From the NCBI GenBank assembly GCA_040756435.1, contig JBFLZD010000011.1, positions 7,971-71,970 of the forward strand: a stretch of DNA of 64,000 bases, in the 5' to 3' direction. Below the pieces are notes generated by a model. It saw only the letters and a list, made by a program, of their open reading frames with translations, was not told the origin of the DNA and searched no databases. Made by a program: the position numbers and the translations under genes. The stretch is from Spirochaetota bacterium (GTDB lineage: Bacteria > Spirochaetota > UBA4802 > UB4802). Shown in pieces: positions 20,132-30,785 of the stretch (positions are counted from its first letter, which is position 1; every line of letters begins with the position of its first letter).

Positions 20132-21136
20132 ATGAAAACATATACATCACATTTTCTTTATGATAGCTACATTATTGCTGCCCAGGCATTAGAGCCAATG
20201 AACTATTATGGCAGGCATGGTACTCCGTTTATTTTTATTATTGATTATATGGCACAAACCCCATTTATATGCCCCATCAAAAACATACCTGATTCAATAC
20301 TATTTTCATTTGATGGATATTCAAGTACATCACAAAAAAAAGGGAAACCCGATATATTACATTTTGAAAAATTTCCTGTGATGTTTGATGAATATTTGTA
20401 TTCATTCAATTGTGTACAACAACATCTCATAGAAGGTAATACATATCTTGTTAATCTCACTTTTCCTACAAAAATTTATACCAATCTTTCCCTTTATGAA
20501 ATATTTATGTATAGCAATGCACCATATAAATTATTTTTTAATGATGCATTTGTTGTTTTTTCACCTGAAGCATTTATCACTATCACACAGGGAAATATTT
20601 ATACTTTCCCCATGAAAGGAACTATAGATGCTCATATACCAGATGCAGAAAACATATTGTATAACGATCAAAAAGAGTTTGCTGAACATATTACCGTAGT
20701 TGATTTACTTAGAAATGATTTAGCCAGAGTATCATACAATGTTACTGTTGAAAAGTTCAGATACCCCACTAAAGTTAGAACACACGTAAAAGAATTAATA
20801 CAGACAAGCTCAATAATAAAAGGCACTTTATACCCTGATTACCTACATAATATAGGTGATATTTTTGCAGCTCTTCTTCCTGCTGGCTCTATAACCGGGG
20901 CTCCCAAGAAAAAGACCGTTGAAATAATTGAAGAAGCTGAAATATATACAAGGGGATATTACACTGGAGTATTTGGCTATTGTGATGGAGAAAATGTATA
21001 TAGTGCAGTGATAATACGGTTTATTGAAAACAATACTTCCTTGACATACAAAAGCGGTGGCGGAATAACAGTGTATAGCAATCCAGTTCAAGAATATAAT
21101 GAAATGGTTGAAAAAGTTTATGTCCCTATTAATTGA
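20132..21136 (+). CDS. Chorismate-binding enzyme, short form (aminodeoxychorismate synthase component I, PabB-like)
   Basis: TPFIFIIDY, SPEAFI, VDLLRNDLARV, and the C-terminal GSITGAPKKKTVEIIEEAE...RGYYTGVFGY are the TrpE/PabB catalytic-domain motifs. About 334 aa. Confidence 0.75.
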   Translation: MKTYTSHFLYDSYIIAAQALEPMNYYGRHGTPFIFIIDYMAQTPFICPIKNIPDSILFSFDGYSSTSQKKGKPDILHFEKFPVMFDEYLYSFNCVQQHLIEGNTYLVNLTFPTKIYTNLSLYEIFMYSNAPYKLFFNDAFVVFSPEAFITITQGNIYTFPMKGTIDAHIPDAENILYNDQKEFAEHITVVDLLRNDLARVSYNVTVEKFRYPTKVRTHVKELIQTSSIIKGTLYPDYLHNIGDIFAALLPAGSITGAPKKKTVEIIEEAEIYTRGYYTGVFGYCDGENVYSAVIIRFIENNTSLTYKSGGGITVYSNPVQEYNEMVEKVYVPIN

Positions 21137-21716
21137 ATCACTATGTTGTGTTGATGGTATAATACAAAATATTAAATACCATAATGAACGAATGAATAAA
21201 AGCCGTTATGATTTATTTGGCTGTAATGATACTTTGTGTATTGAAAATTTCGTATCACTACCTGACTATGCTTATACCGGCATATGGAAAGTAAGAGTAC
21301 ATTATGACAGTGCAATTCATCATATTGAATATGAATTATATAAAAAAAAATCTATCAAAACACTTAAAATAGTAATAGATGATTCAATAGACTATTCATA
21401 TAAATACAGTGATAGGTCCAGAATAGCCTACCTTTTTGAAAAACGTGGTAATGCAGATGACATATTAATTTTAAAAAACGGCCTTGTTACAGATAGTTCT
21501 ACAGCAAATGTGGCTTTTTATAATGGGAAACAATGGGTTACCCCCGCAACACCCTTACTTCCCGGTACAAAACGTGCCTGTCTTATTGATGAAGGATTGA
21601 TTAGCCAAAGGTATATTAGACTTAACGATATTGGTATGTTCACACACGTAAGCCTTATTAATGCCTTTTTAGATATTGGTGATATTGTAGTGCCAATAAC
21701 ATCTATAGAAATGTAG
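21099..21716 (+). CDS. Class IV aminotransferase-fold protein, likely aminodeoxychorismate lyase (PabC-like)
   Basis: NVAFYNGKQWVTPATPLLPGTKRACLI is the class-IV (D-amino-acid / ADC lyase) fold motif. It overlaps the end of the PabB-like gene. The start is either 21099 or 21120. Confidence 0.6.
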   Translation: MKWLKKFMSLLIESLCCVDGIIQNIKYHNERMNKSRYDLFGCNDTLCIENFVSLPDYAYTGIWKVRVHYDSAIHHIEYELYKKKSIKTLKIVIDDSIDYSYKYSDRSRIAYLFEKRGNADDILILKNGLVTDSSTANVAFYNGKQWVTPATPLLPGTKRACLIDEGLISQRYIRLNDIGMFTHVSLINAFLDIGDIVVPITSIEM

Positions 21717-21738
21717 ATCATTCTACCTATCTTCTTCA

Positions 21739-22272
21739 TTATTTTTTTTCAAAACGAAATGATCTCACTATCTTTAAAAACGTTTCCTCATAACGGTCAA
21801 ATGTATGTGGCAGGGCAGTACAGGTAATAACATATGCTTTACCCTCATTAAGGCAATAATACTGCAATACCTTTAATTTAAGACCACTCATGGTATACGT
21901 AAAACCCAATATCATAGCAGGTTTTCTAGCAAGCCAGGTTGTATTTTTATACATCAATCTGTAATCTTTTGAATAACTTTTTAAATTCTTTTGTGATAGT
22001 TCAAAATATTTTTCAAGGGTACTATCGTCGGTTACCTCTTCTACCGTTATTGCAATATTTTCCCTAAAATCATCCCTGCTTCCTTCTTCAGGGCTCAGTG
22101 CTATTACTGCTGCACCCATTTCCTGCTGCTGTATCTCCCAGTATTTTGGGAATACAATAGAAAAGTTATATTCATCACTGTAAAACCTGCCCTTTTCTTT
22201 CCGTGTACAACCAGGTAATAGCATTATACTTATTATAATAATTGATATACGTATTAAGTATTTTCTTTTCAT
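21739..22272 (-). CDS. Lipoprotein (hypothetical)
   Basis: Signal peptide with lipobox MLLPGC. 177 aa. RBS gggag. Confidence 0.5.
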   Translation of the reverse strand: MKRKYLIRISIIIISIMLLPGCTRKEKGRFYSDEYNFSIVFPKYWEIQQQEMGAAVIALSPEEGSRDDFRENIAITVEEVTDDSTLEKYFELSQKNLKSYSKDYRLMYKNTTWLARKPAMILGFTYTMSGLKLKVLQYYCLNEGKAYVITCTALPHTFDRYEETFLKIVRSFRFEKK

Positions 22273-22374
22273 ACTTTTTGCTCCCGATTGAATAGAACAT
22301 ATCTGTATAATACTATATATTACGCTACATATGGTGGCGGATTACATATTCTTATATTTATCATACTATATTTT

Positions 22375-23751
22375 TTAAGCCTTATTAGCAATGCTTTTTT
22401 TTCTTTCATCCAGAATTCTTTTTATTTCATCAAACCCTTCACGGGTAATGGGAAGTATTGATACAAAATACACTGAAATCAAAAAGCATACACCCGGTGC
22501 AAATGCCATCATATAGCGTATAGCCAAAACTGCTGATTGCGGCTGTGCTGTGACGCTGTTTTCAATATATCCAAAAATGCCTAAAAACGCTGAAGCAAGT
22601 GCAATAGCTGATGCAGAAGCAACCTTATATAAAAATGTTGTAATGCCATAAAAAGCGCCTTCACGTCGCAGCCCGTTTTTATATTCATCATATTCAATGA
22701 CATCAGGTATCATGGAAAATGGTATTATCTGTGATGCTGATATGCCAACACCTGCAAGCACACCAATAATTATTACAAACTGCAAATTATGTACTGGAGC
22801 TATCAGACACAACAAAAGCGATAGTGTAAAATATACAGCGGCAACCATATATGCTCTTCTTTTGTCAAGTTTGTCCGAAACATAAATCCACAATGGAGCC
22901 GACAATACCGCAACAATAAGCGGAATACCCATAACAACAAAGGTCATATCCTCTTCAATGAGAATGACATCTTTGAGGAAAAAGATGAATAGTGCCTGAA
23001 TTAAGTCAAAACCAATCATATTGAATAAAAACATACCTAATATTATTCTGAATTCCCGCAAACTCAGCACAGCTTTAAATGTTTTTAAAAGCCCATCATG
23101 TATAACCGCTTCAGACTGAATTCTTTCTTTAGTTCCCACATATGTTATGAAAATTAAAACCATAATTATAATACCAAAGATAACACCCATAACCGGATAG
23201 CTTGTAATGTAGTGTTCTTTGCCTTTAAAGACTACATCCACAATTACTGAAACACCAACTGCAGCTACCAGATTCCCAACAAATGAAAGAGACATCCTGA
23301 AGCCTGATATACTTGTCCGCTCATCATAGTTTTGCGATAGTTCCGGCATCAGTGCATTGTAGGGAACTGCAACTACAGTGAAAGCAGTATTGAACAGTAT
23401 GGTAATTGCAGTATAATAACCAAACAGTACTAAACTACTATGAGAGGGAACCAGCCATATTAACATAAACATAAGACCAAAAGGAATACAACCAAACAGA
23501 AAATAAACCCTTCGTCTTCCGTATTTAGATTTAGTCCTGTCTGAAATCATACCCATGATAGGATCGGTTATGGCATCCCATGCACGGGCAATAAAAAAGA
23601 TAACCCCTGCCCATTGTGCAGGTAACCCGGCAACATTAACCAGAAAAAATAAAAAGTAAAAACCAATAGTGGTATAGGCAATATTAATGGCTAAATCCCC
23701 TAACCCATACGCTATCTTTTCAATAGTGGGAACTACATATCCTTCTTTCAT
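22375..23751 (-). CDS. MFS transporter, glycoside-pentoside-hexuronide:cation symporter (MelB/YihO-like)
   Basis: GLGDLAINIAYTTIGFYFLFFL...ITDPIMGMISDRTKSKYGRRR is the GPH-family N-terminal signature. 12 predicted TM segments. Confidence 0.8.
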   Translation of the reverse strand: MKEGYVVPTIEKIAYGLGDLAINIAYTTIGFYFLFFLVNVAGLPAQWAGVIFFIARAWDAITDPIMGMISDRTKSKYGRRRVYFLFGCIPFGLMFMLIWLVPSHSSLVLFGYYTAITILFNTAFTVVAVPYNALMPELSQNYDERTSISGFRMSLSFVGNLVAAVGVSVIVDVVFKGKEHYITSYPVMGVIFGIIIMVLIFITYVGTKERIQSEAVIHDGLLKTFKAVLSLREFRIILGMFLFNMIGFDLIQALFIFFLKDVILIEEDMTFVVMGIPLIVAVLSAPLWIYVSDKLDKRRAYMVAAVYFTLSLLLCLIAPVHNLQFVIIIGVLAGVGISASQIIPFSMIPDVIEYDEYKNGLRREGAFYGITTFLYKVASASAIALASAFLGIFGYIENSVTAQPQSAVLAIRYMMAFAPGVCFLISVYFVSILPITREGFDEIKRILDERKKSIANKA

Positions 23752-23794
23752 TGTCGTGTACCTCTTTTATAACTGCCTTCAATGCCTCCTTGGA

Positions 23795-24020
23795 CAACGA
23801 AGCAATCCAACACAATGTCATTGCGAGCACCGCAGGTGCGTGGCAATCTCCTCTTCCGTACCATGAGATTGCTTCACTTCGACAAGCTCAGTGCAAGCAC
23901 TTCGTTCGCAAGGACACATCGGCCAATTCCGTCATTGCGAGCACCGCAGGTGCGTGGCAATCTCGTCATTTATTACCTAAAGATTACTTCCCTTTGACAA
24001 GTGGTTACTGAGTCCCGCCA
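23795..24020. repeat. Mosaic nested-hairpin repeat, copy 2
   Basis: The module gtcattgcgagcaccgcaggtgcgtggcaatctc occurs twice (23817 and 23931). It also carries cgaagcaatcc and cttcgacaagctcag. Lies between the MFS start and the arsM stop. Confidence 0.7.
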
Positions 24021-24134
24021 AAGTACAGTTGCTGAGCTCGTCGAAGCATGGTAACCGCGTACCACCCCTTTACTATGGGAACATTTTGAATACTAAACGA
24101 CAATGGTGAGCAAAAATCAAGAAAAATAAATTAT

Positions 24135-24929
24135 TTATTTCCAGGCAACCAGGCTAATACTTTTTACTATCTCATCATATTGTTCTTGACCATCATATGG
24201 AGTGCCCTCAGCGTTATCTTTATTACTTCCAAATATAGTGCCATAACCATATTCTTTCACAATTTCAACATTTGAAAAACCCGCTTTATGCAACAGGGCA
24301 ATATACTCGCTTTTTTGAATTGCCCCCGCAACACAACTTACATACGCATCAATTGAGTCTTTAATATGCGGTGGCAAAGTCCCCTCCAATACTATATCCG
24401 ATACTGCCATCCTTCCACCATTTTTTAATACTCTATACGCTTCTCTAAACGCCTGTTCTTTATTTGGGGCTAAATTTATCACGCAATTTGATAGAATCAC
24501 ATCTACGCTGGTATCATCAACTGGCAGATGTTCTATATCACCCAAAATAAATTCTACATTTGTGATGTTTAATTTACGCGCATTTTCCCTTGCCAGGGCA
24601 ATCATCTCAGGCGTCATATCAACACCAATAACTTTGCCATGTGGTCCCACCTTTTTTGCTGCAAGAAAGCAGTCTATACCGGCACCACTGCCTAAATCAA
24701 GAACCACTTCTCCAACTTTTAGGGATGCTAACGCGTTTGGATTACCACAACCCAAACCTAAATTTGCTGAATCTAATGCTTCTATGTCTGAAGCACTATA
24801 TCCCGCTTTTTTGGCAATATCCTGCGGAGCACAGCAACCACCCGAACAGCATGAAGTTTTTGACATGGCTATTGTGCCATAATTTTGTTTAACTATGTTT
24901 TTTATTTTAATGTTTTGATCCATGGACAT
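24135..24929 (-). CDS. arsM: Arsenite S-adenosylmethionine methyltransferase
   Basis: N-terminal Cys cluster CCSGGCC, SAM motif VLDLGSGAGIDCFLAA, and ILSNCVINLAPNKEQAF are the ArsM hallmarks. ATG at 24929 with RBS gagggga; the ORF track begins at TTG 24941. Confidence 0.75.
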   Translation of the reverse strand: MSMDQNIKIKNIVKQNYGTIAMSKTSCCSGGCCAPQDIAKKAGYSASDIEALDSANLGLGCGNPNALASLKVGEVVLDLGSGAGIDCFLAAKKVGPHGKVIGVDMTPEMIALARENARKLNITNVEFILGDIEHLPVDDTSVDVILSNCVINLAPNKEQAFREAYRVLKNGGRMAVSDIVLEGTLPPHIKDSIDAYVSCVAGAIQKSEYIALLHKAGFSNVEIVKEYGYGTIFGSNKDNAEGTPYDGQEQYDEIVKSISLVAWK

Positions 24930-24946
24930 TTCTCCCCTCAAATAAA

Positions 24947-25192
24947 CTATTTACTAAATATTGGCGCTATCTGTTCTGCTATTACCGAATTCAATGCATC
25001 TGCTCTCACAAATGCAATACAACATAACGATGCATCACTCTTTAAAGCTGCCACAATAAACTTATCCCCTGCTCTGACCCCTAACTTTTCGCGCAGATCT
25101 TTGGGCAACACCACCTGCCCGCGTTCATCAACAGTAACTATCGCCTCAATTGTGCAGGTTGATGACGAATTACAGCATTGTGTCCCACTCAT
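24947..25192 (-). CDS. AbrB/MazE/SpoVT-type DNA-binding protein with Cys-rich ends
   Basis: IVTVDERGQVVLPKDLREKLGVRAGDKF is a swapped-hairpin AbrB-type domain. The N-terminal CCNSSSTC and a later CC are vicinal cysteines. It lies 17 nt upstream of arsM on the same strand. Confidence 0.6.
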   Translation of the reverse strand: MSGTQCCNSSSTCTIEAIVTVDERGQVVLPKDLREKLGVRAGDKFIVAALKSDASLCCIAFVRADALNSVIAEQIAPIFSK

Positions 25193-25371
25193 ACTATACC
25201 TCTGATTTTTCTATATTTTCTGAATTTTCTGATTATTCAGACATTCTAATACACGATGAATTATGTCAAGCAGTTTTTCACATTATGACATTTACATTTT
25301 TATTTGATATTATTTTTAGATACTATTATTATAAAAATGAACATTTAACACTACTACTCTGGAGGTTTGCT

Positions 25372-26697
25372 ATGTTAAAAAAAATAATTATCACTATGAC
25401 CTTTGTTTCTTTTTATTCGTACGCATTTTGTTTTCTTGAAAATTACAACAATTATCAATACCTCATTGGCGATAGGGCTGCCGGGCTTGCTGGTGCATAT
25501 TGTGCCCTGGCTAATGATAGCACCGCATTATGGTACAATCCAGCAGGTTTGGCACTGGTAAAGGATAATAAAATAAATATCTCAACTAACACGTACAGCT
25601 ATTTAACCCGAAATTCAAAACAATACTGGCAAATTGAAGAATCAGCTGGACAATATGAAAGCCTTGATTTAAAAGAAACTGATATTTCAGTTGTGCCAAC
25701 CAGCGTTGCCTATGCTCGTAAAGTCAATTGGCTGGGAAGCGATGTTGTGGGATATGGATTATTTGTTCCGGTTCAGGATTCAATACAGGCTACCATTGCA
25801 GGAAAAACCACGGGTAGTGTTTTAAATGTTGACTTAAATGCCGCATACAGAATCAACACAAAAGCATACTACGGTGTGGCAGGATATGGAATAAACGTAA
25901 CACCTCACTGTAATTTTGGTATAACAGCAGGTGTTGGCTACTTTCAGGGAAAAGGGGGAGCAAATATTGCTGCATATTTAGATCCTGGTGGAACAAATCA
26001 AAGTGAAATTGCAATGATTATTGATAATGAGCTTACTGCAGTTACTGCATATACTGGTGTTGGCTTGCAATATCTTGCTCATAATCATCACGTAGGGGTG
26101 TTTTACCATTCACCAATTTATAGATTGCATGCAACACGTGAGGAAAAGATGACCACTCAAGAAGTTGGTCCAATTTTCCCCTCCAATAGTTCGGCAACTC
26201 AAGCGACCGGCGATGATTTCCGCTTAAAGATTATTCCTGCATGTATTTCTTTTGGATATGGCTATTCCAGGGAAGGTGCATGGTCTATTGCCATTGAAGG
26301 TGTAGTTCATTACACCAATCCTGATTATCCACATAAAGTAATAAATGGTAAAATGGGATTGGAAGTATATATCCTGGACGATATTATTGTACGGACGGGG
26401 GTATTTACTGACTTCAGCCAGAAAGATACCGTAACCCAATCTTCCGAAAATGATGAAAAAAATGATTACTATGGTGCCACCATAAGCCTTTCATTTGGGA
26501 ATGACCTTAATCCATTACAGAGTGATACCATAAAAGCAAAAAGCATGTGGACAACGATAGGGGTGGTATACCAGTTGGGGATTGGTGATATCAGGGGTTT
26601 TAGATTCTATACGGTTTTACCGCAAGGTGATATGCCAATTGAAAAGCAATATACTCACAGAATCAGTGTGTACTTAGGGGAAAGCATAGCTTTTTGA
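25372..26697 (+). CDS. Outer-membrane beta-barrel protein (FadL/OmpP1/TodX-like)
   Basis: Signal peptide, then GDRAAGLAGAYCALANDSTALWYNPAGLA, the N-terminal motif of FadL-family transport channels. It ends in a C-terminal aromatic residue (F). RBS ggaggt before the ATG at 25372. Confidence 0.55.
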   Translation: MLKKIIITMTFVSFYSYAFCFLENYNNYQYLIGDRAAGLAGAYCALANDSTALWYNPAGLALVKDNKINISTNTYSYLTRNSKQYWQIEESAGQYESLDLKETDISVVPTSVAYARKVNWLGSDVVGYGLFVPVQDSIQATIAGKTTGSVLNVDLNAAYRINTKAYYGVAGYGINVTPHCNFGITAGVGYFQGKGGANIAAYLDPGGTNQSEIAMIIDNELTAVTAYTGVGLQYLAHNHHVGVFYHSPIYRLHATREEKMTTQEVGPIFPSNSSATQATGDDFRLKIIPACISFGYGYSREGAWSIAIEGVVHYTNPDYPHKVINGKMGLEVYILDDIIVRTGVFTDFSQKDTVTQSSENDEKNDYYGATISLSFGNDLNPLQSDTIKAKSMWTTIGVVYQLGIGDIRGFRFYTVLPQGDMPIEKQYTHRISVYLGESIAF

Positions 26698-26855
26698 TGG
26701 TGATATGGGGTATGAGGTTTTACAGGAGCAACTAAATGTTGCACTTCAAACGTGAACTTGCAATAATTCATAGTTAATTTTACACAAAATATATTGACTT
26801 TACCAAACAAATCATATATATTTTTGCTTTATACAATTGACTACCAGAGGTATTT

Positions 26856-27173
26856 ATGGGACTTTTAAAAGATGCTGGTGAATCATTAGTAAATTTTAGC
26901 GAGCGGTTTTTAGATAAAACTGAAGAGTTAGCACAAATTGCCCGCATTACCATGGAAATAAAAAAGTTGGAACATTCCATAAAAGAGATATATTTAAATA
27001 TTGGGAAGTATGTCTATGACCAGGTTATCAGCAGTAAGCCCATTGCAAACACTGATGATTTTATCACACAAGCTGTAACCACAATAAATGACTATAAAAC
27101 AAAAATACAGGAAAAACAGAACGAAATACAAAAAGTCAAAGAACACTATGAATCCAAATACCATCGATATTAA
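26856..27173 (+). CDS. Hypothetical small coiled-coil protein
   Basis: 105 aa. RBS agaggt. Immediately upstream of the RNase R gene. Confidence 0.45.
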   Translation: MGLLKDAGESLVNFSERFLDKTEELAQIARITMEIKKLEHSIKEIYLNIGKYVYDQVISSKPIANTDDFITQAVTTINDYKTKIQEKQNEIQKVKEHYESKYHRY

Positions 27174-27187
27174 AGCTAAAAATAATT

Positions 27188-29275
27188 ATGTCTAAAACAT
27201 CATCGCGTATTGTACAAGCAATTGAAAATCAAAAAGGTTTTTTTACTCCCAACGATATCATTGCATCGGTGCTGCTTGCCAAACCAAAAGGGAAAAAATT
27301 AAAAAAACATAAGGTTTCACAGCGTGAAGCACAGAAAACAATGCATCGAGTAGAGAATACAATCTCCACGCTTTACCGGTATGGATTCCTTACCCGCCAA
27401 AAGGGAAAGTATAAAATTATACAACCGTTTCAATTTACAGGTACTTTTATTCATAATAAAAAAGGCAGTGGCGTTGTGTATTTAAATGAAGATATTGAAA
27501 TACATATTTACCGTGAAGATGTAAATCACGCCCGCAACAAGGACATTGTTCAGGTACAGCTAACTGATATACGCCGTGGAACGCTATTTGGCAGGGTTAC
27601 GTCAATTGTGAATGCCAATAAACAGATGTTTTTTGCACGCTGCATAAAGCCCAATGGTAAATTATGGATTTTACAGCTTCTTGATGTACCAGGAAATATT
27701 CAGGTAATCACAAAAGATAAAATAAAGCCCGGTTTTTTGGCGATAGTTACTGTGAAAAATTCCTTTATACAGAATTACCAGGAATGCATCATAAATACAA
27801 TAATAGAACAAGAAGAACAATATGATGTACAGCGTATTGTGGGGAAATATTCGTTACCAGGTGCGCATCCCGAGTATGAACACCTTGAGCACATTGAACA
27901 GTATGTACAACCACACGAACTAAAAAATCGCAAAGATTACCGAAAGCTTTTAACAGTAACCATTGATGGGGAAACAGCAAAAGATTTTGATGATGCCATT
28001 TCATTAGAATATAAAAAAGGCGTTTATACTCTGTATGTCCATATTGCAGATGTTTCAGCATATGTATATAAAGATGACACCATTGATAAAGAAGCATTTA
28101 ACCGTGGAACAAGCTACTATTTAGGAAATACCGTAATACCAATGCTACCCGAGAAGTTATCCAACGACCTGTGCTCACTCAAATCGGGCGTTGACAGGTT
28201 AACCCTTACAGTTATGCTGCAGTTTGATGAAAACGGCAACTATAGAAAACATGAAATTCACCGCGGCATTATAAATGTAAAAGAACGCTTAACGTACACA
28301 ATGGCTCAGGAGATATTGAACTCTAAAAAACGCGGTGCCATCAAAACAATGCTGGGACATGCAAAAGACCTTGCACAGAAACTTAAATCCAAACGATTAT
28401 CCAACGGCAGGGTTGATTTAAACTTAGCTGATGCTGAAATGATATTTGATAACAACGCTTCTATTGCCGATATTGCGTTTGCCACACGGCTTGACAGCCA
28501 CATGATCATTGAAGAGTTTATGCTAAGCGCCAATGAAGTTGTATCACGTGTTTTGCGTGAACACAATGTGCCAGCACTGTACCGCATACACGAACCAATT
28601 GCTTCAGAAAAATTTATTGCATTGCAAAATTTCCTTAAAACATTAGGCATTATTCTTAAAGAAGAAGAAAACATAGGGCTTGCACTACAAAAAGTCATTG
28701 ATTCTGTAGCTCAAAAAGAGTATCAGCAGGTGGTTAATTTTATAGTACTTAAATCACTGATGCAGGCATATTATGGGCCAACACCACTGGGCCATTTTGG
28801 ATTGGGCTTTAAGGATTATACCCACTTTACTTCCCCAATACGACGGTACCCCGACTTAATAGTCCATAGATGTATTAAATCATTGATTGATAGGGATAAA
28901 CCGCCATATTCTTCCGATGAATTAGCTATCATTGGTGAACAATCATCAAAATTAGAACGTGTGGCACAATCGGCAGAGCGTGACCTTTTGAAACTAAAAG
29001 CATGTAGATTGCTTGAAGACAAAATTGGCCAGGAATTTGAAGGCATCATAAGTGGTGTAACACGGTTTGGTTTTTATGTTAGTTTGCTTGACAAACCAAT
29101 AGAGGGTATGGTTCCATTAAAATTCCTGACCGATGATTACTATCTGGTTAACGAAGATGATTATACAGTCATTGGCAGGCGTTTGGGAAGGCGCTTCCGT
29201 CTTGGTGACCTGGTAAAGGTAAGGCTTAAAAATGTTGATATTGATTTGATGCGTATTGATTTTGATGTAGTATAA
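27188..29275 (+). CDS. rnr: Ribonuclease R
   Basis: 695 aa. The RNB catalytic motif DYRKLLTVTIDGETAKDFDDAISLE, cold-shock/OB N-terminal domains, and a C-terminal S1 domain (GIISGVTRFGFYVSL). Confidence 0.9.
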   Translation: MSKTSSRIVQAIENQKGFFTPNDIIASVLLAKPKGKKLKKHKVSQREAQKTMHRVENTISTLYRYGFLTRQKGKYKIIQPFQFTGTFIHNKKGSGVVYLNEDIEIHIYREDVNHARNKDIVQVQLTDIRRGTLFGRVTSIVNANKQMFFARCIKPNGKLWILQLLDVPGNIQVITKDKIKPGFLAIVTVKNSFIQNYQECIINTIIEQEEQYDVQRIVGKYSLPGAHPEYEHLEHIEQYVQPHELKNRKDYRKLLTVTIDGETAKDFDDAISLEYKKGVYTLYVHIADVSAYVYKDDTIDKEAFNRGTSYYLGNTVIPMLPEKLSNDLCSLKSGVDRLTLTVMLQFDENGNYRKHEIHRGIINVKERLTYTMAQEILNSKKRGAIKTMLGHAKDLAQKLKSKRLSNGRVDLNLADAEMIFDNNASIADIAFATRLDSHMIIEEFMLSANEVVSRVLREHNVPALYRIHEPIASEKFIALQNFLKTLGIILKEEENIGLALQKVIDSVAQKEYQQVVNFIVLKSLMQAYYGPTPLGHFGLGFKDYTHFTSPIRRYPDLIVHRCIKSLIDRDKPPYSSDELAIIGEQSSKLERVAQSAERDLLKLKACRLLEDKIGQEFEGIISGVTRFGFYVSLLDKPIEGMVPLKFLTDDYYLVNEDDYTVIGRRLGRRFRLGDLVKVRLKNVDIDLMRIDFDVV

Positions 29276-29288
29276 ACGGGTAAAACGT

Positions 29289-30755
29289 ATGTTACAATTA
29301 CAGGCAAAAACGTTTGATGCAATTTCACCAGAAGCAACTATTGCATTGCTATGCACTCAGGAACAGATTGCAAGTAACACATTTATTCCCCATCAACTAT
29401 CTGAAGTGTTTACCATTATCAACACCAAAACCTTCAAAGCAAAACCAAATACCTACTTTTTTGCAGCACTAAAAGATAAGCCTTCAATCCTTCTTGTAGG
29501 GCTTGGCAGCCACAAGGATATTACAGCTGAAACACTACGCAATGCTGCAAGTGTTATCGTTGGTGCCTGTTCAGATAAATCTGTATCCCAGGTGTATATT
29601 GTTATTCCCAAATTATTTTCATTACTTGATACAGCACGGTATATCGCTGAAGGGGTTTATCTTGCTAACTACGCATTTAATCGTTACAAAACGCAAAAAG
29701 AAGAAACCAGCCCATTATTGGAAAAAGCTATCCTTTTGTGTGATACTCCCGGGCAACTATCGCCCATAGTAAAAGAAGTAAGCGTTGTATGCAACAATAC
29801 ACTTTTATGCAGAGATCTTGTCAATGAAACAACCGAGCATGCTAATCCAGTAACTATCGCACAACTTGCAAAAAAAATTGCTGCTCAATCTAAGATTAAA
29901 TGCACCATATACTCTAAAAAAGATATTGCAAAAATGAAGATGGGACTGCTTTTAGCGGTAAGCCAGGGCAGTATGTATCCGCCACAACTTATTGTGATGC
30001 ACTACAGGGGTGCACCTTCCAAAAAAGACTCAATTGCCCTTGTTGGAAAAGGCATTACCTTTGATACTGGCGGCATTAATTTAAAGCCATCAGGACACAT
30101 TGAAACTATGCGCACCGATATGGCTGGTGCTGCAGCATGCATCTACACCATAAACGCCATTGCACAGATGAAGTTGCCGGTCAATGTATATGCGGTTATA
30201 CCACTTGCAGAAAATATGATTTCACACACCGCATATAAGCCTGGCGACGTCTTTACTGCCTATAACGGCAAAACCGTTGAGATAGGCAACACTGATGCTG
30301 AAGGCCGCCTGATATTGGCTGATGCGCTATCTTTCACTGAGAAAATATTAAAACCTAAAGCCATCATTGACATTGCTACATTAACTGGCGCTTGCATCGT
30401 AAGTTTTGGGGAGATAGTAGCCGCCTATTTAACCAATGATGAAAATCTTTCCACTGCGCTGTTTAATGCTTCAGAAACCACCGGTGAAAAGATTTGGCGT
30501 ATGCCATTATATAAAGAATACAATGAAGAGTTAAAATCGGATATAGCTGATATAGTCAACGTTCCCGCAGTGCGAAATGCGGGCACAATTATTGGCGCGA
30601 CATTTTTAAAAAATTTTGTTGAAAAGGCACCATGGGCTCATATTGATATAGCAGGAACGTCGTGGTACTCTAAAAAGCGTGGATACAATCCCAAGAATGC
30701 TACAGGTTTTGGCGTGCGTTTGTTATATGAATTTGTAAAGAATTATGGAGTATAA
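29289..30755 (+). CDS. pepA: Leucyl aminopeptidase (M17)
   Basis: NTDAEGRLILADAL is the M17 signature. VGKGITFDTGGINLKP. 488 aa. Confidence 0.9.
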   Translation: MLQLQAKTFDAISPEATIALLCTQEQIASNTFIPHQLSEVFTIINTKTFKAKPNTYFFAALKDKPSILLVGLGSHKDITAETLRNAASVIVGACSDKSVSQVYIVIPKLFSLLDTARYIAEGVYLANYAFNRYKTQKEETSPLLEKAILLCDTPGQLSPIVKEVSVVCNNTLLCRDLVNETTEHANPVTIAQLAKKIAAQSKIKCTIYSKKDIAKMKMGLLLAVSQGSMYPPQLIVMHYRGAPSKKDSIALVGKGITFDTGGINLKPSGHIETMRTDMAGAAACIYTINAIAQMKLPVNVYAVIPLAENMISHTAYKPGDVFTAYNGKTVEIGNTDAEGRLILADALSFTEKILKPKAIIDIATLTGACIVSFGEIVAAYLTNDENLSTALFNASETTGEKIWRMPLYKEYNEELKSDIADIVNVPAVRNAGTIIGATFLKNFVEKAPWAHIDIAGTSWYSKKRGYNPKNATGFGVRLLYEFVKNYGV

Positions 30756-30785
30756 ATCTAAACCTATAAAAGAAAGGAAAAAGCA

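Noticed and set aside
23751-24011. ORFs that run through the repeat elements (23751-24011, 23782-23997, 31306-31704, 33802-33996, 33861-34088, 35634-35822, 57707-57889, 57511-57915)
   Set aside because: They lie entirely within or across the nested-hairpin repeats. They share repeat-derived peptides, have no RBS, and exist in both orientations. They are artefacts of the repeat, not genes.
25150-25371. Upstream extension of the outer-membrane protein ORF (track start 25150)
   Set aside because: The N-terminal 74 residues are low-complexity and overlap the AbrB-like gene on the other strand. A strong RBS (ggaggt) precedes the ATG at 25372, which begins a typical signal peptide.
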